From Piromyces finnis finn (lineage: Eukaryota > Fungi > Neocallimastigomycota), in the NCBI GenBank assembly GCA_002104945.1, contig MCFH01000001.1, positions 1,178,001-1,242,000 of the forward strand: 64,000 nt of DNA, given 5' to 3'. The position numbers and the translations under genes were made by a program. The first letter of the stretch is position 1; each line of letters begins with the position of its first letter. Under the pieces are notes generated by a model, which worked only from the letters and a program-made list of their open reading frames with translations, ran no database searches and was not told the origin of the DNA. Below are positions 8,501-18,198 of this stretch, in pieces.

Positions 8501-11120
8501 TTCTTAGGATTATGACTCTTCATATACTCACATCCTGTTTTAATCCAATGAAGATATTCTTGCTTCCTAAATTCATTACATCTTTTGTGGATGTAATCAA
8601 TGAGTTTACGGTAGATTTTAATTCTTTTAATAAATTCATCTATATCATAAATTCTTTCTTTTTTAAATCTCTTATACAACTTCATTTTGATTTTTTGAAG
8701 ATTAAAAATTTGTTGTGAAATATGAAATGAAGACTTTATAACATTATTTGCTGAGGTAATACTGAGCTCGTCTGCAATTGAAAAAGCAGTTGAAGTAAAC
8801 TCTTTGGAAAGTTCATCTGTAGAAACATTAGGATCGTTGAATTTTGCTGAAAGTATTTGGAATTTATTATGACTGAGAATAGATTCCTTTTCCTCAATAC
8901 ATTTTAATCTATTCCATTTCAGAATTTTCTTAGGAACATTAAAGTCATTAGAAAAATCTTCCATAGGAATAATTTTACCATTAATAAGAAGTGGCTTATG
9001 GTCTGATACAGGATAAAAATTATTTATAAATGATCCTGAGTGAATAAGATCTTTCATCTTCGAATTGATAAGAGCATGGTCAATGTCGGAAGATTGATCA
9101 CCTCGAGTCCAAGAGATAGTCGACCCTCTAAGCGGAAGAATTTCCCAATCTCCTAATCCATTAGTTGATAACCAGTTGGATAATTTTACTTTAGACATAT
9201 TAAAATCACCAACAAGAATCGATGGATGGGATGAATGAGTTTGTAACCACAAGCGAACTTCTAACTTTGCATGATCAACATAGATGTTGTGATGACTATG
9301 AGGCATATAAACATTTCCAATCGAGCATTTGAATCTATTCCAGAGACTAAAAGTATAAATAGAAATAATATACTTTCCAGAGAAGTTTTCAAGTGAGGCT
9401 TGACATGAATTGTGAAAACCTAAATATAAACCTCTCATTCCCGGAACTGATTCGTCAGCTTTCTTGAAAAAGTGTCTATAGTTTCGCAAAGTAACACGAC
9501 AAGGATAATCTGTATTCGATCCAGAACCATTACCAGTTTCTTGGAAACATAAAAATAATGGTTTGAAAATAGCTGTGAAATAGCTAATACTATCTCTCTT
9601 TTCGTGATTCCACCCATTGGTGTTCCAACTAAGACAAAAAGAAAAGTTATCAGGCTTGTTGGATGAGGAAGAATCGTTGCTATTATTATTATTATTAAAG
9701 TCATCGTTATTAATGGATGATGCATCAGAGGAATAAGTAGAACTATTACTAGATGGCTGTGAAACTGAAGAACTATCAACTATTGAACTGTTATCAGAGT
9801 TGATAGAGCTATTAGAATTAATTGTTGAATGTTGAGATTGAAATTGTGTTTGCTGTAGATCTGGAATATTTTCATGATTGGAAACTTGTTGAAGATCTTG
9901 TTGAAGATCTAGTTGAAGATCGGATTGTTGATGAGATTGTTGAACTGATTGTTGAAATGATTGTTGAATAGAATGTTGATGTTTATTAGAAACTAAAATT
10001 TTACGTTTGAGAGTGGAAAAAGTGTATTTGTGATTCCTTCTACTACGAGCTGAAAAGGAAATTGAGGTAACTGAAAGTTTCTTCTTTAACATGTGTAAGA
10101 TTTTAATACAATCTTTCGATGAACCATGAACCTTGACTAAGAAAAAGTGATCATTGAAAGTCTGAAAATATTTAACACTAATAACTGAATTAAATTTATC
10201 TTCTAGAATAACCTCGAGTTTTTCCCATAGCATATTTACTGACCATGATCGAATACCACGGATAAAGAAGGAGCGAATATCATCTAAGGGGATACCATAA
10301 GACCGGGTACCACGTCTGATATAATTCTTGTCTTTAATATAAAGGACTGACATGATAATAAATTCTAATTAAAAATATTGAATATAAAATAAATACTAAT
10401 AAAAATTATAAATATAACGTATATGGAAAAAAAATCTGTCTCTCTCTCTCTTCTTAAAAGTACTGGATAGTACAAAAATTGTTACGATGCTTTGTTTAAA
10501 GTTTCTTTTTTTTGAATTCTAGTTGTAAATTTTCTTTAAAAATTCTAGTTTTGGTTTGTTGTTAGTAAATTCGATTCGCTTTTTGACACTAAACTTGTTT
10601 GACTTTACTTTTCATTAAATATTTAAATTGGTAAAAAATTTGAATCAAGAATGTCGACACCAGAAAGCTTGTGGATAGTATTTTTACATGATGTAGAGTG
10701 AATCAGTCTCTTACAAGAAACAATACAACAATAGCTACATGAATATAAAAATACAATGCAAATGCTAAAGTTGACTACATTGGATTCTTACAAGAGAAGA
10801 GTAGTACTACATGAATACATGAATAAAAGAAAAAATACAGCAACAAAATGTATTACTCTTCTAATTAAATACTATACAAACTTACCTGAATATCAAACAT
10901 TCAACTTATTCATCAAATACTTAATTCGATGAATAAAATGTTTTTTAATCACTCAGTACCATGAGCTTAGTCCTAATAATTTTCCCTTAAAGACTAACCA
11001 AGCATCCATTGCGCAATGCTTGGATTTAATTCTTTCTACTCTCTCAGTACCATGAGCATGAGTAGACCCCCTTGAGAAACTACATTTATTAAATAAATGA
11101 AGGCACGTTCCCAAGAGGGC
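5570..11120 (-). mobile_element. Full-length LINE, copy B (~5.55 kb) with poly(A) tail and TSD
   Basis: 22-nt poly(A) (T-run 5570-5591), AATAAA at 5619-5614, ~240-nt 3' UTR, intact ORF, ~770-nt 5' UTR, flanking TSD. Confidence 0.97.
5830..10353 (-). CDS. LINE polyprotein, 1507 aa (APE + RT + CCHC), copy B
   Basis: Same motifs as copy A. By eye it differs from copy A at 10 residues and keeps the canonical IPKKGD. Confidence 0.95.
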   Translation of the reverse strand: MSVLYIKDKNYIRRGTRSYGIPLDDIRSFFIRGIRSWSVNMLWEKLEVILEDKFNSVISVKYFQTFNDHFFLVKVHGSSKDCIKILHMLKKKLSVTSISFSARSRRNHKYTFSTLKRKILVSNKHQHSIQQSFQQSVQQSHQQSDLQLDLQQDLQQVSNHENIPDLQQTQFQSQHSTINSNSSINSDNSSIVDSSSVSQPSSNSSTYSSDASSINNDDFNNNNNSNDSSSSNKPDNFSFCLSWNTNGWNHEKRDSISYFTAIFKPLFLCFQETGNGSGSNTDYPCRVTLRNYRHFFKKADESVPGMRGLYLGFHNSCQASLENFSGKYIISIYTFSLWNRFKCSIGNVYMPHSHHNIYVDHAKLEVRLWLQTHSSHPSILVGDFNMSKVKLSNWLSTNGLGDWEILPLRGSTISWTRGDQSSDIDHALINSKMKDLIHSGSFINNFYPVSDHKPLLINGKIIPMEDFSNDFNVPKKILKWNRLKCIEEKESILSHNKFQILSAKFNDPNVSTDELSKEFTSTAFSIADELSITSANNVIKSSFHISQQIFNLQKIKMKLYKRFKKERIYDIDEFIKRIKIYRKLIDYIHKRCNEFRKQEYLHWIKTGCEYMKSHNPKKAWKWIKKTAKIGKDSFFIAQPIKNKNGELVVATEEQLDVWHDHFENLASDPSGVSLDLEHWYEEPTNKRFSLPMLDEWDINQDISIDEVKSAILTTPNYKASGPDGIPIEFYKALVPSSNDSNNATDNNSSGNTTSDNDAHGLNFILKLFNRIWDGDFPNSWNESSIVSIPKKGDLTDCDNYRGISLINNGIKLISKIVTTRISEYGLKNNFIRPEQFGFRKKEESISLFISIQEICRRRQLDNKETYLAFLDLRKAYDSVPIGNILHKLDCLGIRGKSLQFIKNLYLTSKANVKLDGQFSKSFDVKKGVRQGCPLSPILFNLFINDIFRECEDLGVSLGDTRCCGGLFADDIVICAPTRGCLKKMLRRVNEWALYNEMEFGIQKCSTMVIRPESIENQNKRDPTFYLAGQPIPTTDCYTYLGVPFDKNLSLKPVIKALNNKVLKGLFSVSKFLRNPNIPIPFKKLVLNSQVISRVSYFAPLLGSNKARSRIAQKHVNKGIRWVAGVHKAVSFISLYSISKDLNIPPLSAKCALAQVRCFNKWKNSNCIISHLVNYIPKFRKYTWCKSSRTLDKKLKKHGDVKAVKNFYWKDLKGNSIKAQYYDDNKFIETKDFIKLCYEYPEFAYGFYWLLKARSGYKLDARVAKAAKFVDPVCPNYCPCCKCGDQSIKHWLLDCTTFRDIRIKHYDSIVQLLNFFSQRNSNSPINNNEIDNISRDSNNINSNSNNSSNNNSNSNNSNSNNSNNNNNRNNNISNDSNSEDNNSNLDSNLVNDSNSSNNPVNINVYDYSSVCSKIFKFLLGGRSFNNINYNSREWKELCKRQIQSGTNEGTPFLTVTAELLTKIMPFAIGQQWTMFKRFEATSKSVNAEETVRQARRASATNGDHNFVP

Positions 11121-11265
11121 ATAGCCAGTAGAAGCCATAGGCAAACTCTGGGTATTCATAACATAATTTAATAAAATCTTTAGTTTCAATAAATTTATTA
11201 TCATCATAATATTGCGCTTTGATTGAATTCCTTTTGAGATCTTTCCAATAAAAGTTTTTAACTGC
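11121..11265 (-). mobile_element. 5'-most piece of the older 5'-truncated LINE copy
   Basis: 145 bp matching element-internal 826-970, with private substitutions (ggtattcata vs ggtactcata; aattccttttgag vs aattccctttgag). Homology stops abruptly at 11265. Confidence 0.9.
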
Positions 11266-11911
11266 AACAAACTATAATGTCAATACATAAAACAAACTTT
11301 TTCTCTCCTTAATAAACAACCTTTCTATTTTCCAATTTTTAATTTAAAAACACAAAAAAATCCAATTCATTTATTTTTTTTTTTTTTATTTACTTATTTT
11401 TTAATTAAAAAAAGTAAACAAATATTATATAATTACAAAAATTTAATTTATAAATAATATATATTAATAAATTTATTTTTATAAAACATATGTATAACTT
11501 TTTACTTTGAAATTATAAATAAAATCATTCTCTTTCTTTATATTTTTTTATATTTATATTTATTTTATATTTATTTTTATTGTTTTTATTTATTGTGTTG
11601 TATTTTTTGTTGTTTTTTGTTTTTTTTTTGTTTGTTTGTTTGATTTTTTTCTTTCTTTCAATATTTTATATATATATAATTCAATTTTTTATTATAAATT
11701 ATTATTTATAATTTTGTCATTCTTCATTCTTTCATAACATTATAATTACTAGAATCTTTTTACACTAAAAAAATTTAATAATGAAATACTATGAATTAAA
11801 AAGAAAAAATCAAATTTTTATCTTTTTTTCTTTTTATAAAAAATTTTGGTAATAATTAAAATTGAGGTATCTAAAAAAATTTCTTCAATACTTTAATTAT
11901 AAGATATTCAT

Positions 11912-13561
11912 CTATTTAGCTTCTTCACCTTCAGCAGCTGGCTTAGCTTCGGCCTTTTCGTCGTCCTTACCTTCTTGAAGGTCAGAAGTCCAGAGAGTTA
12001 AGTTATCACGAAGTAATTGCATGATTAAAGTACTGTCCTTGTATGATTCTTCACTTAAAGTATCGAGTTCAGCAATAGCATCATCGAAGGCTTGCTTGGC
12101 AAGGTGGCAAGCTCTGTCTGGTGAACTTAAGATTTCATAGTAGAAGACAGAGAAGTTAAGGGCAAGACCTAAACGGATTGGGTGAGTTGGAGCAAGTTCA
12201 GTTTGAGCAATGTCAGTAGCGTTCTTGTAAGCATCGTGAGCTTGAGTGGCAGCTTCCTTACGCTTTTCACCAACAGCGAATTCAGCAAGGTAACGGTGGT
12301 AATCACCCTTCATCTTGTAGTAGAAGACCTTAGATTCACCAGCAGCAGCAGATGGAATAAGGTGTTCGTCTAAGACGTTTAAGATATCAGAACAAACTTC
12401 AGTAAGTTCATTTTCAATAGTTTGACGGTAGGCTCTGATTTGGTTAACTTGAGCTTCGTTACCCTTACTTTCTTCCTTTTGTTCAATGGAAGAAACAATT
12501 CTCCAAGAAGCACGGCGAGCACCAATGACGTTCTTGTAAGCGACGGAGAGAAGGTTACGTTCTTCAACGGAAAGTTCAAGACCGAGCTAAAAATATATTA
12601 TTTATTTACAATTAGATCTATATTTTTTTAAATTAAATTTTTTATTTATATATATTATTTACCTTAGCAACTTCCTATTATTTTCCAATGTAATTGTACA
12701 TGTAAACAAATCATATTAGATCACTATTTCAAATAAATAATTTAAAAATATTTTTATTTTAAATTTTAAGCAATTCTTACCTTCATGTATGAAACCATTT
12801 CTATATATTTATACAATAAAAATTCAATATGATCAATATTTATTCTCTTTCTTTTATGAAGAAATACAAATTTACTATTTTGTAATTAACACTTACCATC
12901 GTATCTTTCAGCTTGTTCGGCTAATTTAGCCATGTAAACTTGATGTTCTCTGTCTATTAAACATATATTTAAAAAATATTAAATATAAAAGAATATTAAT
13001 ACTTTTTATCTTTTTGAAATATTTTTTATTTGATCATTTCAATTTTTATTTATACTCTGAATATTTTTTATTTATTTATTTTGATCATTTTTTTTATCTT
13101 TATTTATTGTTTTTTCCTTTACTATAATACAATATTATTTAACTATATATTTTCTATATTTTAGTCCTTCTTATTTTATATTTATTTGGTCAAGTATACA
13201 TCTTAAAATAACTAAATGTTTTATGAATGAACCATTAACTTTTGGAAGATACATCTATAAAAATTTTATCATATATTTTACTTAAACCTCTATTTCTTTT
13301 ATTTTATTTTTATTATATTATTATTGTTGTTTATATATATTTAAATAAAACCGTTCACTTTTTTTTATCTAAATATTATTTATGCTATTACTTTTTTTTT
13401 TGTTTATTTATTTTTAAATTGATCCCTAAATGTTTGTTTATTTATTACATTATCATTATTATGTACTAATTCTAATTTATTTAATAACACCACTTTCTTT
13501 ATTAATAATATCTTATATATATTTTAATATGTAATATATTTTTATTCATACCGTCAGCCAT
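11912..13561 (-). CDS. BMH1: 14-3-3 protein, 257 aa, 5 exons (13561-13552, 12953-12897, 12800-12781, 12674-12663, 12586-11912)
   Basis: Spliced product [62 protein letters not shown]...[12 protein letters not shown]...[19 protein letters not shown]...[13 protein letters not shown]. All introns are GT-AG with consistent phases. The symbol denotes the family, not strict orthology. Confidence 0.97.
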
Positions 13562-16070
13562 TTCTTTATTTATTTATTTTTAAAACTTTTGTTGTTCTTG
13601 ATTATTTTATGAAAAAAAAATTAAAAACAGATAAAATATTTTTAAAATGAAAAAAAAAAATATTTATTCTATAATTTTTCTTAACTTAATGAAAAAAAAT
13701 ATTTTAATAATCTTAATAATTTGTTTTAATTTTCAATATATTAGAATATATTTGAAATTATATTAATATAATATTATTGGAAAATAATATAACATAATTA
13801 TAATTAGATATATTATTATATTTATATTGTTTATATCATTATATAAAATTAAACTATTTTATATTAAAATAATTATTATATTTTAAAAAACTTTTTTATT
13901 AATTTTTTATTTATTTATAATTTAATAATATATAAATTGTTTTTTTATATTTAATACTTAAAAGTTGCTATTTTTTTATTTATTATTCGATAAATATATT
14001 ATTTATATATAGTAATTATATCGATTAACTATATTCCACGATGTTTATAAATAGTCAATGATATATATTACAAATAAAAAAAAAACATTTAAAAAAAGAT
14101 GTTAAAATATTAAATGATAGTATTTTTTATTTAAATATAAATAAAAACATAGTTTTTTGTTTATAATCATAAATATTATTACACTTTAATGAAATTAAAA
14201 AGAATATCATTTAAAAATAATTATTTAAAATTAATTTTAAATGATTTTAATTTTCTTCTTTTTATTTATTTATTTATTTATTTATTTTATTTATTTATTA
14301 AAATATTGTTTGTTGCTTATTTGTTTGTTTGTTAATAAGTAAAAAAAAAGTAGGGAAAGGCTTATTTATCCTCCTACAATATATTAAGGATTTTACTTAT
14401 CAAAGCATTGGTTCATAAATAGAGTAAAAAAAAAGCCAAAATTTCTTCTAATATTATGCTAATTAATTTAATAATAAATATATAATATTACTAATTAAAA
14501 ATTAATTTATTATTATTCTAATAATATTAAAAATATATATATATTTGTCTTTTTACAAAACAATCTTTTAAAAGAATACATTAATCTATGTTTTATAAAG
14601 TAAAACATCTATAGAATAATCCTACAATTTTTCCTCTGCCATCAAAATTTCTAAACAAAATTAGTATAAGAAATATTTTTTTTCCCTTTTCATCATGTTT
14701 TAGTTATTTTGTATGTACTTTAAAATCTTTTTTTTATTATTATTATTCTCATGATATTCATTCTCAACACACCCATTCAAACCTCTTCTTGATAAGAAAT
14801 ATGTATTGAAATAAATTAATTTAATTTATTGGATTCAATTATTTATTTAATATTTATTTATTTATTCATTAAATATTGAAATGGATAATCCTTAAATCAT
14901 ATTAATACATTTTAATATATTGTATATTGTAGGATTAATTAATTAATAGTATTTAATAAAATTGGTGAATTGTACATAAAATAAATTAACACCTTAATTG
15001 AAATTAAGATTATAAAGTAATATATTTATATTATATATTATAATATTAGCATAATTAGAGTATTATAAATAATTAGATTAAAAACTTAAAAAATACATAC
15101 TATTTTAATTTGATTCAGTTTTTAATATAATAAACAAATATGTTCAATATATTATATTATACAATAATATATTTTAAAATGTATTGCAATATTTAACGGT
15201 TTATATTATTAAAAAATTTCTTTTACATTCTATTCTAATTAAGTTTTTAAAAAAAATTAATTTAAAGGTAATCTTACTTTGTTTTAGGAAAATTAAAATT
15301 AAAAGGTAAAATAAATTACTTTTTTTAGTAATAATGTAATACTTTGATTAATGTGTTTGTATACATTATGTATATTGTATACATTAGTTTAAGAAGTAAA
15401 AAGTTAAAAAAGGCAGTCAATGAAATAACGAAAGCATTAAAAAATATAGGAAGATCTTATCAAAAAAAATATATATTACATTATAATATATTATATATTA
15501 ATAGATCATACTTTTTTTAATTTTAGTACGGCATTATTTTTAAATTCATCCAGAGAATAAATTAAATATATACGTACATACATATATTCAAAGATAACTT
15601 ATTTAAAATGTTTATTTATTAGGATTTTACACATGCTATAAGCATGCAATAAATAAAAAAAAACTATGGTATAATTAGTGGTATAAAATTTGTTAGAATT
15701 ATAGAACCAATAATGATAATGGTTGTATCAACCAAATAATAACTGATTAAAAGAACTAAATTGATTGGATAATGTAATCAGTGGCTTCCATATTTTACAA
15801 TACATAAATAAAAACGGCGGAAATTATTATTTTTATGATTAATATGATATGATAATAATTAGTATATTGTATTTATAGTATTTATAGTATTTATAGTATA
15901 ATAAGAGATAGGAAATAGAAAATCTTGATCTTAATAAAGTTAAAAAATTAAACCATAAATTTAAAGCTAGAAATAGAATTTTGATGCTAAAAATAACTAT
16001 TTTTAAAAATAATATATAGTATTTATATTTATATTTATAATTACTAAAATTAACGTATTTAGAGTATATA

Positions 16071-16156
16071 TTATGTTTATTATTATTATTATTATTATTC
16101 TAATTATTCTAATTATTATTATTATTATTATGTTTATTATTATGTTTATTATTATG

Positions 16157-16206
<50 letters not shown>

Positions 16207-16325
16207 GTTTATTATTATTATTATTATGTTTATTATTATGTTTATTATTATTATTATTATTATTATGTTTATTATTATGTTTATTATTATTATTATTATT
16301 ATTATGTTTATTATTATGTTTATTA
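16071..16325. repeat. Compound microsatellite (ATT)n interspersed with ATGTTT
   Basis: Directly visible; it generates the spurious poly-Ile and poly-Asn ORFs. Confidence 0.9.
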
Positions 16326-17002
16326 ATGTTGTTGCCGTTATTATATTTATTAGTTATCACATCACATCTATATACTTGTTAAATAATTTTAATTTATTGT
16401 AGAGTTATTTAAAATTTTCTCAAATCTGGCAGTAAAATAAACAAAAAGTTAAGGTGTTTTATTATATTATTTGATTTGTTAATAAATTTTAATCATTATG
16501 GTGTATGGTCTTAATGTAGAATTTCTATATAAAAAAAGGGTATATATTATGGAAATAAAATCGATATTTTTAAATTTTGTGGTGTTTCTTTATCGTGAAT
16601 TTCAAATTTTTTAATTTTATACGATTTAATTATACCATTTTTAATATAAAAAAAACTAAATAATATTGTTTTAATTAATCAATATTTGACATTTGATCTT
16701 CAAATCTTAATAACCTAAAGTTTTTAATTTATATACAATTGTATGGTTTATACATAAATCAATTAAAATAACCATTACATAAATTACATTACATCAAAAT
16801 AATTTGTTCAATTGCTTCTGCTTGTAATATATTTATTTATTTACTATTATATTTTAAAGGCTTATTCATACTATAGCTGTAAATGTTATCTAAGAGTTTA
16901 TAAAAGCATTCATTAACAATGAAATTTTTTTATATATGTCATAAAAATAATAATTTTAAAAACCGAACACTAGTTTTAAGAATTATAAAATATTAAATTT
17001 AT

Positions 17003-17014
17003 TTATTTATTCAT

Positions 17015-17072
<58 letters not shown>
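17003..17072. repeat. (TTTA)n microsatellite; similar tracts at ~25640-25772 and ~37787-37855
   Basis: Directly visible tetranucleotide runs. Confidence 0.85.
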
Positions 17073-17075
<3 letters not shown>

Positions 17076-18198
17076 AATTAAATGAATACCAAAAAAAAAA
17101 AAAAAAAAAATTAAATGTTATATTTAAAACACAGTCAAAAATTTCAATCCTAAGATTTTTGTTATTACTGATGGATAAAATAAGTGATTAATATTGTTTT
17201 TTTAAAAAAAAAAAAAAAAGAAAATGTACTTTATATTTACTATGATAATATTCATAGATATCTTTTAAATACAAATTTATTTTTATCTTAATATGGAACA
17301 ATGGTAATTTTCATTTCTAGTATTGTTAATTAAACGAAAAGGATATTTCATTATTTTTAGAAATAACACAAAATATTTTATTATACTTTTTTTTTTTTTT
17401 TTTGATAGGTTAGACATTTAATAATTTATAATAATATATTAAACTAACCTTATAAAAAAAAAGTTTAACCATTGTTAAATGCTTATTAAAACAACAAGAT
17501 TTGTAAGAAAAGAAAGAAAGAAAACACACAAATCATAATATTCTATTGTTATAATTGTTATAATATAGATATATTGATAAATTAAAAAAAAAAATTATAA
17601 ATTTTCAAAGGTAAAATAAAAGCCTTTACAAAATATTAAATAAATATATTTAATATTTTTTATCTTTTTTTTTAATTTTTTTTATTTATTTTATTTATTA
17701 ATTATTTGCATGTCCTTAACAATAAATAATAAAATAAAGCATAAAAAAGGTAAAAGGATAATAGGATGGAAAGATTTATTTTTATCTATTTTGTTTTTAT
17801 ATAAAAAATCATATCTTTATCTTCTTTTATTATGATTACTATTTGCCTTTTTATTACTTTTTTGTTATTATTTCTTGATATCATTATAAATTTTTATACT
17901 AGTTTTCAATTATTAATGTAATTATTATTGTTAATTTTAATATTTTTTAATGGTAGTTTTTTTTATTATGATTTTTTATATGAAATTGAATATAATAATT
18001 ATGAATAATCTTGTAAAAGGTATTAAGATTTAGTTTTTTTTTTTGTTTGTTTGTTTATTTTGTTCTCTTTAACCAATTATATTTTAATTATACTAATGTG
18101 TGTAGCATTATGAATGATTTACTATAAAACTTTTTTTTTTCCTTTAGTATTATTAAAATAATTGAATTTAGAATGAAATCTATTTTCTGTTGGTGAGT

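Noticed and set aside
1260-9779. Short ORFs overlapping the LINE ORF (1260-1460, 2660-2938, 3655-3999 and their copies 7040-7240, 8440-8718, 9435-9779)
   Set aside because: Antisense or alternate-frame by-products with no recognisable motifs; their conservation follows from the element duplication.
1-11120. Simple segmental tandem duplication or assembly artefact with a 5780-bp period
   Set aside because: The copies differ by scattered SNPs and monomer number, and the junction has poly(A), a TSD and a third-copy spacer, which are signatures of independent retrotransposition.
10998-11120. HDV-like or hammerhead ribozyme at the LINE 5' end
   Set aside because: A P1-like helix starting with G-U exists, but I found no P1.1 GG, P3/L3 or catalytic C in J4/2, and no CUGANGA/GAAA hammerhead core. 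Reported only as an unassigned structure.
10953-11270. 105-aa ORF spanning the LINE 5' end
   Set aside because: Chimeric reading across flank, host fragment and 5' UTR; it exists only because of the insertion junction.
17745-17775. Purine-rich stretch faintly like U6atac (AGGATGGAAAG)
   Set aside because: Lacks the AAGGAGAGAAGGUUAGCAC core and the stem structure.
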